NCBI GenBank assembly: GCA_944390265.1
Contig: CALXPK010000043.1
Span: 1 to 61,020, forward strand
Source of the DNA: an uncultured Alphaproteobacteria bacterium
Lineage (GTDB): Bacteria; Pseudomonadota; Alphaproteobacteria; RF32; CAG-239
DNA length: 61,020 bases
Direction of reading: 5' to 3'
Shown here: piece by piece, positions 1 to 8,838 of the stretch
Layout: each line of letters opens with the position of its first letter
Numbering within the stretch: the first letter of the stretch is position 1
The notes under the pieces: generated by a model
Database searches by the model: none
Seen by the model: the letters and a program-made list of their open reading frames with translations, nothing else
What the model was told of the DNA's origin: nothing
Program-made: the position numbers and the translations under genes

Positions 1-477
1 CATCATATCTTCGGTTGCATCTCGAAACTGGTAAAAAACCGGCCATGATGACAAAAAATTTATCATTCCGCCGGGAAGCCATCGACTGCTCATTTCCGCT
101 TCATCGCTGATGACCGTGTTTCTCAAAATTACATATTGTTTGATGAATGTTTCCAACATCAAATCTTTTGAGGCCATGTCGGTTGAGATTGGCTCCGAAC
201 GCACCAGCTTGTCCGAATTGTCCTGTCGGATGATTAAAAACGGCTCAACCTCGACCAACGGCGCCAAATGAAACAAGGCCAAACTCGAGCTCAGAAAAAC
301 AATCAGCGAAATGGTGGCAAAAAAGATGAACAATCGGGAAAGCCACATATAATATACCAGCTTTAAGGATTGGGTTTCTTTTTCCTCCTTATTGAGAAAT
401 TCGGCATGAGGCTGTTTGTTCTTGTCGGTGATTGACAAGACCTGCGCCCCTGACTGAAGAGATTTTGTTTCCGGCAT
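1..477 (-). CDS. VirB8-like T4SS inner-membrane protein, N-terminal part only (gene continues past the left edge)
   Basis: Not in the ORF track because it is open at the window edge. My translation starts at ATG 477-475, preceded by AGGAAAAAAG: MPETKSLQSGAQVLSITDKNKQPHAEFLNKEEKETQSLKLVYYMWLSRLFIFFATISLIVFLSSSLALFHLAPLVEVEPFLIIRQDNSDKLVRSEP...LETFIKQYVILRNTV. It has a short cytoplasmic N-terminus, one TM helix, then the vEPflIr / fi.qYV..R pattern I associate with VirB8/TrbF. It starts 36 nt after the stop of the 1225-aa gene. Confidence 0.55.
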   Translation of the reverse strand, partial: MPETKSLQSGAQVLSITDKNKQPHAEFLNKEEKETQSLKLVYYMWLSRLFIFFATISLIVFLSSSLALFHLAPLVEVEPFLIIRQDNSDKLVRSEPISTDMASKDLMLETFIKQYVILRNTVISDEAEMSSRWLPGGMINFLSSWPVFYQFRDATEDMM

Positions 478-513
478 CTTTTTTCCTTGCTCTCTCTTTC
501 TTACTTGCTCTTG

Positions 514-3500
514 CTAATAAGCCGCACAATAAGCCGGCTTTAAGGCTTTTAAGGTTTCTTCAAAACTTTCATCACCGTTTTTCTCATATGTCTCATCGAC
601 CGTATTGTTGGTGGTGGCGGTTTTGATTTGCTCCGAAAACTCGGATAAATTATCTACATCCATCGTCATGCTGACCACGGCATCGCTATCCATCATCAGA
701 CCTTGATATACTCTTTGGTAAGATGACTTGCTGTCAGATAAAAGCTCCGAATCTCCGGTGGTGATGCTGTCTATGCCGCTTTTGGCCTCGGCCATGTATT
801 TTTCTTTGACCGTTTTGAGCTGTTTTACGGTCAAATCATAGTCTTCCGGTTTAGAAATATCAAAGTCGGCACTCGGCTCAAAGCCATATTTTCTCAAGTT
901 TTCATACAACTCTTCTTTGGCTTCGTTGACTTGTTCTTCCAAATCATCCAGCGCTTGTTGATATTTTTGCTCCAACTCAACATGCTCCAGAAAATCGCCC
1001 ACCTGATTGTTATTATATTGAGCTCGAACATAAATGTCATCATTTTGTTGCTCGGCGGCATTGAAGTCGTCAACATTTTCTTTTTTGCTCAGTTCTTCCA
1101 TGCGCTTGCCATAGTTTACGACCGATTGCATATACGGACTGTAGCCAATGGCATGCTGAACAAAACTATGATCCGTCAGCATTTTGCCGCTGTAGATGTT
1201 GATGATGCTGCCCAGCTCGCTGGCTTCTCCTTCCGAAACAAATGAGCCTGATTTGGTGTTGGTCTCCTCGTCTTTGTTCAACAAGCTCAGATACGGCGTG
1301 GCAACTTCTTTCAGCCCGCCGTTTACAACTTTGAGCTCACTCTTACACTTGGCCGAAATTTCCTGACAGGTCGGCAAACCGGCTTCCAGCAACGCGGTTC
1401 GCTTGTCACCGCTGACAAATTTCAGCCCCATGAAATATTCATCGTCATTGGTTTTGCCGTTGTCTATTATGGTCACATCAACAACGCCGGTGCCGTTATC
1501 TACTGTGCCGCTGGCCGTGCAAACGCCGTTTTCACCCTCAATGTTTTTCAACACACAAGGATAAATTCCGCCGCGGAACAACGGTGACATCTCTCCGCCA
1601 AGCTGCAACGGATTATATTCGGCCGGCGGATTTTCCTCGGCCTTGGGATCCATGTCTGCCGTCAGGTAAAAATCGCTGTCGACAAAGGCTTTATCTTTCA
1701 ACATCAACTGCCATATTTCCGGTATTTTGCCGCCATAGGTCAAGAATTTTTCTTTGTCGATGATGGATATCGGCATGAGGTTCGATTTTTCCCAAACACG
1801 CTCTATCTGCCCGATTTGCTTGATTACAATTTTGTAGGTACCAACCTCCATTTGCGGAGTGTCTTTGCCTATGCTTTGCAAATCTATATAGTCCAGACGG
1901 ACATATTCTCGCAACGGCGGCAGATTGTAGTCCGGCATGGCTTTAGGTGCCGTAAAGTCTTCTTTTTTGGGCTCGGAACCGACAAAATATTGGCTGTCTT
2001 GTCCCGTATATACGCCTTTCAACATATCTCCAAACAACGGAACCGTCAGCAAAACCTGCGTGTTTTTGACCATATCGCGATAGTTGTTCAGATAAAGCTC
2101 GCGCATTTGCTCGTCCATATAGGAACTGATGACAATATCGACATTATAGTTGGTCAAATCATGAACTTTGGCGGCCGGAACTTCTAATTTGACGCCGCCG
2201 ACTTGCGCTTCTTTGCCGTTCAAACTATCTATCAAGGCTTGGTGATAGGCTACTATGGTTTCTGAAATTTGGCCGCGATACAAATCGTCTCCCAAGGCTT
2301 GCAATGCCGCCAGAGTTTTATCAATGTTTTCATACGCAATCTCTTTGGCATCTTCCACAATGATGTCCGATTGGTCAATAATCTGTTTGGCCGTAACCAT
2401 TGATTTGCTGCCGATGGCGGCTTTGGCTGCAGCTTCTGCCGCATCTATCTTATCATTTTTGGATTTCAGCGCTTGCTCTTGCGTTTTGGTGTCTTGTTTG
2501 AACTTGTCCAGCGCCTGCTGTTTTTCTTGCACGGCTTGCTCATTGGCTTGGCCGATTTTGACTTGAATTGAGCTTTCATATTCGGCCTTTTGGACTTGCT
2601 TTTGACTCAAGGCTTGTGTTTGTTCATCATAAAGTTTTTGCAAATCATCTCGTTTGGCAATTTGCGAATCATAGAGCTGTTGCGTTTGCTCGATTTCTTT
2701 TTCCTTTTTGGCTTTCAAATCTTCATAATCGGCCGTTTGCTCTTCATCCAAATTGTCTTGATCCAGCATATTTTCATAGCCGGCGATTTCTTGCCGCAAA
2801 TCGGAAATTTCTTGTTTGAGCTTGTTGTTCTCGGCATTTATGTCGCTGATTTGCGTCATATAAGAATCTCTTTGCTGATTGATGGCCGCCATTTCTTTGT
2901 CAAACTCGGCAACTTTGGCTTCCAACTCTCGGTTCAGATTATCAATGCTGCTAACGCGCACTTCTTCAATTTGTGCCACTTTTTCTTCATAGGATTTCAG
3001 CGCTTTTTCCACATCTTGATTGTAACTGCCTTTGGCTTTTAATCTGGCTTGAACGGCCGCCTGCGTGATTTGGGCTTCAGCCATGTTCATATATTCTTTT
3101 TGGCGCTCGAAAACTTTTTCGGCAATCCTTTGGCGCGCATTGTCCGCAACGGAATAGTTTTTGATATATTCTTTTATATTGCGATATTTTCTGATTAAAT
3201 ATTGGCCGTAAAAAGTTTTTTGATCGGTCCAGACCGGAAAACGCTTTTTGGCACCGCCCAAATCGGCACTGTTCCATGCAGGCCCTTCCGAGGTGCTGTA
3301 TCCGGCCAGATAATCGGCCATCCATAAGGCAACTTCGGCACCGATATCCAAACTCATTAAATCGGCTTTGCGGTCGGCTTGCTCCAATTCTTCCTGTCGG
3401 CTCGGTTCTTTGAAATATATTCCTCCGGTTTGCTCCTCCAAGTTATCCACCACGGAATCACTCTCCTGATGCAGGTTTTCAAGATTGATCATCTCTCCGT

Positions 3501-4191
3501 CGTTTTGATAATTTATTTTGACATCAACCGCACTGCTACTGCTGTTCAATGTGGTTTCCACATCAATAACGTTGCCCGCATCATCTTTGGTTTGCAAATC
3601 GGCGCTGATGACATCGCTTGTATCAATGGGGGAAACTTGTGCCGATTTGGCCGTTTCAAACAAGGCAATGGCCCAAGCCGAAAGCCCTTGGCGCAAATCA
3701 TGATTCTGCGGGGTTTCACTCATGTCTTTGCCCGACCAGACTTTGACCGGATTGTTAAAATAGCGCCCCATATAATCCAGTGTGCATTGTTCCGAATTTT
3801 TCAGCAACTCTACCGTGCGGTCGTGTAGTTTGACCGTGTTGTTATATTGTTTTTGAATGTTTTTATAGCTCCGCAAACGGTTCAGCAAATTGTGCACATC
3901 CACGGCGACCTGCAGATTGGTATTAATCGGCTCCAGCTTGTCCAGCTCTTCCATTTGCGCTTCGGAACCCGAAAACGGGTGCGTTTCTTCCGTGGTGGCT
4001 GCCGGCTGAATGGTTAATATGCTTGTCACGCCCGTGTTTTTTGAGCTTGATTTTACACTTGCGGGAATCGGCGTGCCGCTGCCCGTGTAAAAAGGAGAAT
4101 ACGTTTCTTGTGCCGCGGCCAGAGAAGCTGCCAGCAAACACAATCCCGCCGTTAAAGATGTTACTTTCAGGCTGTTATTTAACCGTTTCAT
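514..4191 (-). CDS. Very large (1225 aa) Sec-signal, TM-free coiled-coil protein in the slot where VirB6 is expected; function unknown
   Basis: Track ORF is 514..4260. Preferred start is ATG 4191 (MKRLNNSLKVTSLTAGLCLLAASLAAAQE) behind GAGGAG, overlapping the upstream gene by 17 nt. A central region of roughly 250 aa is E/K/Q-rich heptad-like sequence. No hydrophobic helices follow the signal peptide. Confidence 0.8.
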   Translation of the reverse strand: MKRLNNSLKVTSLTAGLCLLAASLAAAQETYSPFYTGSGTPIPASVKSSSKNTGVTSILTIQPAATTEETHPFSGSEAQMEELDKLEPINTNLQVAVDVHNLLNRLRSYKNIQKQYNNTVKLHDRTVELLKNSEQCTLDYMGRYFNNPVKVWSGKDMSETPQNHDLRQGLSAWAIALFETAKSAQVSPIDTSDVISADLQTKDDAGNVIDVETTLNSSSSAVDVKINYQNDGEMINLENLHQESDSVVDNLEEQTGGIYFKEPSRQEELEQADRKADLMSLDIGAEVALWMADYLAGYSTSEGPAWNSADLGGAKKRFPVWTDQKTFYGQYLIRKYRNIKEYIKNYSVADNARQRIAEKVFERQKEYMNMAEAQITQAAVQARLKAKGSYNQDVEKALKSYEEKVAQIEEVRVSSIDNLNRELEAKVAEFDKEMAAINQQRDSYMTQISDINAENNKLKQEISDLRQEIAGYENMLDQDNLDEEQTADYEDLKAKKEKEIEQTQQLYDSQIAKRDDLQKLYDEQTQALSQKQVQKAEYESSIQVKIGQANEQAVQEKQQALDKFKQDTKTQEQALKSKNDKIDAAEAAAKAAIGSKSMVTAKQIIDQSDIIVEDAKEIAYENIDKTLAALQALGDDLYRGQISETIVAYHQALIDSLNGKEAQVGGVKLEVPAAKVHDLTNYNVDIVISSYMDEQMRELYLNNYRDMVKNTQVLLTVPLFGDMLKGVYTGQDSQYFVGSEPKKEDFTAPKAMPDYNLPPLREYVRLDYIDLQSIGKDTPQMEVGTYKIVIKQIGQIERVWEKSNLMPISIIDKEKFLTYGGKIPEIWQLMLKDKAFVDSDFYLTADMDPKAEENPPAEYNPLQLGGEMSPLFRGGIYPCVLKNIEGENGVCTASGTVDNGTGVVDVTIIDNGKTNDDEYFMGLKFVSGDKRTALLEAGLPTCQEISAKCKSELKVVNGGLKEVATPYLSLLNKDEETNTKSGSFVSEGEASELGSIINIYSGKMLTDHSFVQHAIGYSPYMQSVVNYGKRMEELSKKENVDDFNAAEQQNDDIYVRAQYNNNQVGDFLEHVELEQKYQQALDDLEEQVNEAKEELYENLRKYGFEPSADFDISKPEDYDLTVKQLKTVKEKYMAEAKSGIDSITTGDSELLSDSKSSYQRVYQGLMMDSDAVVSMTMDVDNLSEFSEQIKTATTNNTVDETYEKNGDESFEETLKALKPAYCAAY

Positions 4192-4882
4192 CTTTTTTCT
4201 CCTCAATAATATTGCTTTGTTGGCTCTTAAACAACGGTTCAACCTCTCCGTGAACCGCATAAGCCGCCGTCATCTGAGATTTGATGGCAACCAGCTCTTG
4301 CAAAACCGTTAAAATTTGGTCCGTGGTGGCCGATATCATATATTTGTTATACAATCCGCCGTTCAAATCATCGGCTTTGGTATATTCTTTTTCGGCCGTG
4401 ACAATTTGCGTGTCTATTTTGGTGAGCTGTTTTTCCAGCTCTCTGACCGCCGTGAAGGCCTCTATCATCGTATCTTCAAAAAACTCTTGCCCTTCTCGCT
4501 TATAGGCCAACTGCTCGTCCGGATCATTAGACGGATATGTGAAAAACAACTCCGGAAAGACTTTTCTTATTTCTTCTTCATTCGAAACATCGACAATTTT
4601 GCTTTCCTTAATTTCTTTGGTACCGGGAATCTTGGTCTCTTTCCGTGAAAACAAGCTCTTAAAAAAGTCTTGTATGGATTTATACACCTGCAAAGTGGCT
4701 TTTATCACTTTATTAGCAAAGGTTGCGGCTTTGTTGGCCACCGAGGTGATGGTGTTGGGAACCTGTGTGGCCAAGCTGCCCGGATCAAACAAGGCGCAGG
4801 CGTCGTTTCTCAGCGGAAGAATTGTCAGAGATACAACCATGCTCATGAAGATAAACAATTTCAGACATGTTTTTTTCATCAT
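4175..4882 (-). CDS. Secreted helical protein, possible VirB5/TrbJ-like paralog (235 aa)
   Basis: Signal peptide MMKKTCLKLFIFMSMVVSLTILPL. The mature N-terminus ALFDPGSLATQVPNTITSV resembles the start of VirB5/TrbJ proteins. Its start overlaps the stop of the upstream gene (TAATG), and its 3' end overlaps the next gene. Confidence 0.65.
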   Translation of the reverse strand: MMKKTCLKLFIFMSMVVSLTILPLRNDACALFDPGSLATQVPNTITSVANKAATFANKVIKATLQVYKSIQDFFKSLFSRKETKIPGTKEIKESKIVDVSNEEEIRKVFPELFFTYPSNDPDEQLAYKREGQEFFEDTMIEAFTAVRELEKQLTKIDTQIVTAEKEYTKADDLNGGLYNKYMISATTDQILTVLQELVAIKSQMTAAYAVHGEVEPLFKSQQSNIIEEKKDETVK

Positions 4883-6048
4883 TATTTATCTCCTTTCTTT
4901 TTATAGACATAATCATCCATATTAAATTCGGTAATGTTTGTTTGCTCCTTTTGCAATTTGTAAAAGGTTAAATTGGACAGCTCTATGGCGGTTTGGCGCT
5001 TTAAGTCTTGTATCAACAAATGTGTATAGGCACTTAGGGCTTTGAGATTTTCGATTTGCAACTGCGCGGCCGCTCCCCATGCCCCTGCCGTGGTATCAAA
5101 CGTGGAAGCATTATAGCCAATGTCTTCCGCCGAATTGTTTTTTTCATTAATGTCGGGAAGCTGCTTCAAGGCCTCTTCATATGCCGAGATGATGCTGTTT
5201 CTTCTTTCAAGCAAACGGTTGTAACGAATGGTATCTTGCCGCTGAGGGTTCAACTCTTCATCATATTGCAAAAAGTATAATCTTGACGTGCTGGTCAGGG
5301 CATCTTCCGAGCTTGGTTCCGTTGACAAACCGGTCAAAAACTTCATATCATCCTGCAGTTTCGCAATTTGCGTATCGAGGTTTGATAACTCTGTTTTATA
5401 GCTGTTTAACATCTTGTCCAACTCGGCCTTTGCCGTTTCATCCAGATTGCTCAGCTGTCTGCTCAGCTCCTTACACTTATATTTCCATTGTTCATATTCT
5501 GCCTTATAAGCATCTTTATCGGTGGATTTTTCTTGTATCAGCTTTTGCAAATTTGTCATGTTTTGATTGCAGGATTCAATTTGTCCCGAGATAGTGCTCT
5601 TTTGAGCTTCAACCTCGGCCATAAACGAGGTTTCTACCTCCTTTATTTTCATTTTTATGGAGTCATATTGTTTGCCGATAGCTTTGAGGTCATCGGCTAT
5701 TTTGCTGTATGCTCCCACATGCTTGTCATAGATGCCTTTGCCTTCTTCATACATTTTTTTATAGGCTTCTACATCTGACTGAACCTCGTCGGCAAAAGAT
5801 TTGAGGTTGCCGACATTGCTTTCTATCCACGATCTGGCTTCGGTAAAACCTTTGCCGATTTTTTGCACAATGGTTAAATTGCCGGCTTTATCCAAAATAT
5901 TTTGTGCCTGCTTTCCGGCTTTGGTTACCGTGGTTGTGACATCTTCCGCCATGTTAGAGAGTTTGGCCAAAATCCATGCCGATGCCGTTGAGGTGCTACT
6001 CAAGACAAGGGAGAAAACAAATATTATCTGCAATATCAGTTTTTTCAT
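4882..6048 (-). CDS. Secreted coiled-coil protein of the T4SS operon, unknown function (388 aa)
   Basis: Signal peptide MKKLILQIIFVFSLVLSSTSTASA, followed by long charged helical sequence. Its ATG overlaps the upstream stop by 4 nt (6045-6048), which suggests translational coupling. Confidence 0.75.
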   Translation of the reverse strand: MKKLILQIIFVFSLVLSSTSTASAWILAKLSNMAEDVTTTVTKAGKQAQNILDKAGNLTIVQKIGKGFTEARSWIESNVGNLKSFADEVQSDVEAYKKMYEEGKGIYDKHVGAYSKIADDLKAIGKQYDSIKMKIKEVETSFMAEVEAQKSTISGQIESCNQNMTNLQKLIQEKSTDKDAYKAEYEQWKYKCKELSRQLSNLDETAKAELDKMLNSYKTELSNLDTQIAKLQDDMKFLTGLSTEPSSEDALTSTSRLYFLQYDEELNPQRQDTIRYNRLLERRNSIISAYEEALKQLPDINEKNNSAEDIGYNASTFDTTAGAWGAAAQLQIENLKALSAYTHLLIQDLKRQTAIELSNLTFYKLQKEQTNITEFNMDDYVYKKKGDK

Positions 6049-6773
6049 TTGTTGCCTCCTTGCGATGTAGATGCGGCTTTTCTTTCCGTTGTTTGCTCCG
6101 AATCCAGCGTTATGGAAGTCATAATTTGGGTTCCCCGATATTCGGCAATTTGAGATTCCATAAACAAAATGTCATTCCAGCGTCTGACAATTTTGTCGGC
6201 CATGGCTCGGTTACCTTGAATGATTTCTCGCGTGTTTTTGCTATCCAAAGTTGTATCCGGCAAATCTCTTTCTTTGGCCAAATTAACTCGCGTGGCCAAA
6301 GCATGGGCATACATGGCAGCAACATTCATTTGCAAAAGTTGTGTGTTTTTCTGCTGGTTGGCCTTGGCTTGCTGCATTTGTTGCCCTTGTGAAGAAAATG
6401 TGTTCATATATACATTTTCAACGGCCTTTGAGGCTTTGTCCCCGTCATTGATGTTTTCGGCAATGCCCGATACGGCCTGTGTGGACGGAACCAAACGCGG
6501 CAGATTGATTTTGGTGATTGTGTCGGCATAGCTTTTGATAGCGTCAAAACCAAAATTGCCCGATTTTAACTCTTCTATTGTTTTTTGGATGGTAGCTTCA
6601 ACCTGCTCGGCTTGCTCGCCGGCGGCATTGACATTTTCGACCATATCGGCCGAATTGTTGGCCACATCCGTACCGATAATCGGTACCGGTATCGGGAAAA
6701 AGGCTTGTCCTTCGGAGGCATAAAAACTTCCGAATATCAGGCTGAAAATTGCTATTTTGTGCAAATTGTGCAT
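6045..6773 (-). CDS. VirB5/TrbJ-like secreted protein (242 aa)
   Basis: Signal peptide MHNLHKIAIFSLIFGSFYASEGQA. The mature N-terminus FFPIPVPIIGTDVANN resembles the IPV.D start of VirB5/TrbJ. Size and all-helical composition fit VirB5. The call is by motif and position only. Confidence 0.5.
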   Translation of the reverse strand: MHNLHKIAIFSLIFGSFYASEGQAFFPIPVPIIGTDVANNSADMVENVNAAGEQAEQVEATIQKTIEELKSGNFGFDAIKSYADTITKINLPRLVPSTQAVSGIAENINDGDKASKAVENVYMNTFSSQGQQMQQAKANQQKNTQLLQMNVAAMYAHALATRVNLAKERDLPDTTLDSKNTREIIQGNRAMADKIVRRWNDILFMESQIAEYRGTQIMTSITLDSEQTTERKAASTSQGGNK

Positions 6774-6796
6774 GAAGTTCTCCCTTTTTCCGCCGA

Positions 6797-7807
6797 TTAT
6801 TCTTTTTTATCTATATTGGTCAAATCGCGATTGTTAACCTCATATGTTCCAAAATCGCGGAAAGCATCTAAGCCAAGCTGGCTGGCATAAACCTGAATCA
6901 GTTTGTTTTTCAGCTTTAGGGCTTCCATCTCGGTTAAGGTCAAAACCTCAATATCACCGCGCTCATCCGTGGCTTTGGATGATTTTTCCTGCAAGGGCAG
7001 CAACACTTCTTTTTCATAGCCCGAGGTATCATTTTTATAGCGGGCGGCATCGGCTATGGCATGAGAAGTTGTGTCTATCAGCGAATCTTGATACAACTCA
7101 TTCATTTGTTCTCTGGCGGTTTGGGTGCCTTGTGCGCGCTGCGAGATGACTTTTTCCAAACATTCACTCATTTTATCCAAAGTGGTGGTGTCCATTTCAC
7201 AATAGTTTGCCAGATTATCGGAGAAAAGGAAAACATTTTCTGCCGTGGTTCCGGTGTAGGCTTGCGTTGCCTCTTTGGCAAAAGACAATCTCTCTTGCTT
7301 GCGGCGAACGGCATAATGCAACGCTTTGGGGTCTAAACTGTTGTCACCGCGTATAAACGGACGTCTGCCGCGGCTCGGGCTTTGCGGCTCGACATATCGC
7401 GGAGAACGCTCCAATGGTTTGGTCATGGCTTTTTCGGCCGGAGCCGGTACCGGAACGGCTTCTTGCGCGGCAGGATTTATTTCTTCTTGGGTGTTTGTTT
7501 CCGGTTCTTGTTTCTGTACTTGGTTTTGCTTACGAACTTCTTCTATTTTTCGATCATATACTTCAGCGCCTTTGGGTGCGGCTAAAGATAGTTCTTTTTG
7601 ATATTTGTTTTGAAATTCGCCCATTTGGTCGGCCAAATTTTGTTGCTGTACCTCGCGCTCATCAATGGATTTTTGAACTTGTTGCGCTTTGGCCAAAAGC
7701 TCGTCCAAATCTTCCGCCGATGCCTCAAAGGCGCTCAAGGAGGCCAACAAAAGCCCACCCATGCCGGCTTTTAGGATATGTGACATTTTAAAAATTTGCT
7801 TTGTCAT
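6797..7807 (-). CDS. Secreted protein with coiled-coil N-part and Pro-rich linker, unknown function (336 aa)
   Basis: Signal-like N-terminus ...AGMGGLLLASLSAFEASAED, a charged coiled coil, then the stretch PAAQEAVPVPAPAEK. It is tightly packed in the operon, with 22-23 nt gaps on each side. Confidence 0.7.
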   Translation of the reverse strand: MTKQIFKMSHILKAGMGGLLLASLSAFEASAEDLDELLAKAQQVQKSIDEREVQQQNLADQMGEFQNKYQKELSLAAPKGAEVYDRKIEEVRKQNQVQKQEPETNTQEEINPAAQEAVPVPAPAEKAMTKPLERSPRYVEPQSPSRGRRPFIRGDNSLDPKALHYAVRRKQERLSFAKEATQAYTGTTAENVFLFSDNLANYCEMDTTTLDKMSECLEKVISQRAQGTQTAREQMNELYQDSLIDTTSHAIADAARYKNDTSGYEKEVLLPLQEKSSKATDERGDIEVLTLTEMEALKLKNKLIQVYASQLGLDAFRDFGTYEVNNRDLTNIDKKE

Positions 7808-7829
7808 TTTTTGTTCCTCTCTTGTGCGC

Positions 7830-8759
7830 TTATGAAATAAAACTACCTACGTCTTTTATCAAATCTTGGCCTTGCTTAATCAATTGTTCGGCTTGTCCAT
7901 ACAAATCTTTAGCTCTTTTTTGATATTCATCACCTTTTTTAATCAAGCTGTCGGCCTCATTTTTCATTTGCTCAACTTTGTTGCCGATATCTTTGGCTTG
8001 TTGCTGCAAATTTTTTGCATCTTCTATCCATTGTTCACCTTGTTTTATCAACGCTTGAGCTTCTTGTTTTTTGGCTTGCGCTTGCTCTACTAAGGCTTCG
8101 GCCTCTTCTTTGCTTTTTTCTGAAATAACGGTTTTGCTTTGAGCCAGCAAATCGTCCGCTTCGGCCAACAAATCTTTTCCTTGTTGTAACAGCTCCGGCC
8201 CTTCTTTGGCATATTTTTTGGCATTTGAAATCAGATTTTCGGCCTCATTCTTCATATTTTGAGCTTCCGATAACAAGTTTTTGCCATCGGCGACCGATTG
8301 TTTGGCATCATCGACCAGCTTGTCGGCCTGATCTTTGAGGTCATTGGCTTGGTTGATTAATTCTTTGCTGCGGTTAGCCAACTCTGCTCCTTCTTTAACC
8401 TTATCCACCACAGCCTTTCCTTTTTGAACCCATTTGTTATTTTTGGCCGCTTCCAGTTTTTTTTCATATTTTTCTTTGACTTCCTGCAATTTTTGCAGAC
8501 GGTCGGTGATGTTTTTTTTGATAAAGCCGTTCATGGCCTCATTATATTTTCCTAATGCGCCTTGTATGTTTTTGGCTGTCTTAGTGGCCCAAGCCAATTG
8601 GGTGGAATTTTGCACATCGGTCGCAGCGCGTTTTACGGCCTGAACCAAACTTTGAACATCAATGGAGGGAATGCCGAAACCATAGCTCGGCTGCGGTGAA
8701 ACAATAAACATATATGCGCTTATTAACGCCAGCGCCAAAATTTTATCCGTTTTTTTCAT
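7830..8759 (-). CDS. TrbJ/VirB5-like N-terminus fused to a long repetitive coiled coil (309 aa)
   Basis: Signal peptide MKKTDKILALALISAYMFIVSPQPSYG. The mature start FGIPSIDVQSLVQAV resembles the TrbJ/VirB5 start. The remainder is iterated A-K-E-Q-L-I helical repeats (AKDL..QAEQLIKQGQDLI and similar). It is the first gene after virB4. Confidence 0.55.
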   Translation of the reverse strand: MKKTDKILALALISAYMFIVSPQPSYGFGIPSIDVQSLVQAVKRAATDVQNSTQLAWATKTAKNIQGALGKYNEAMNGFIKKNITDRLQKLQEVKEKYEKKLEAAKNNKWVQKGKAVVDKVKEGAELANRSKELINQANDLKDQADKLVDDAKQSVADGKNLLSEAQNMKNEAENLISNAKKYAKEGPELLQQGKDLLAEADDLLAQSKTVISEKSKEEAEALVEQAQAKKQEAQALIKQGEQWIEDAKNLQQQAKDIGNKVEQMKNEADSLIKKGDEYQKRAKDLYGQAEQLIKQGQDLIKDVGSFIS

Positions 8760-8838
8760 TTTCCACCTCCGACTTAATAATTTGATATGATTTTAGTATA
8801 CCAAAAATTGTCCAAAAATTAAACCTAAATCTCCGATA

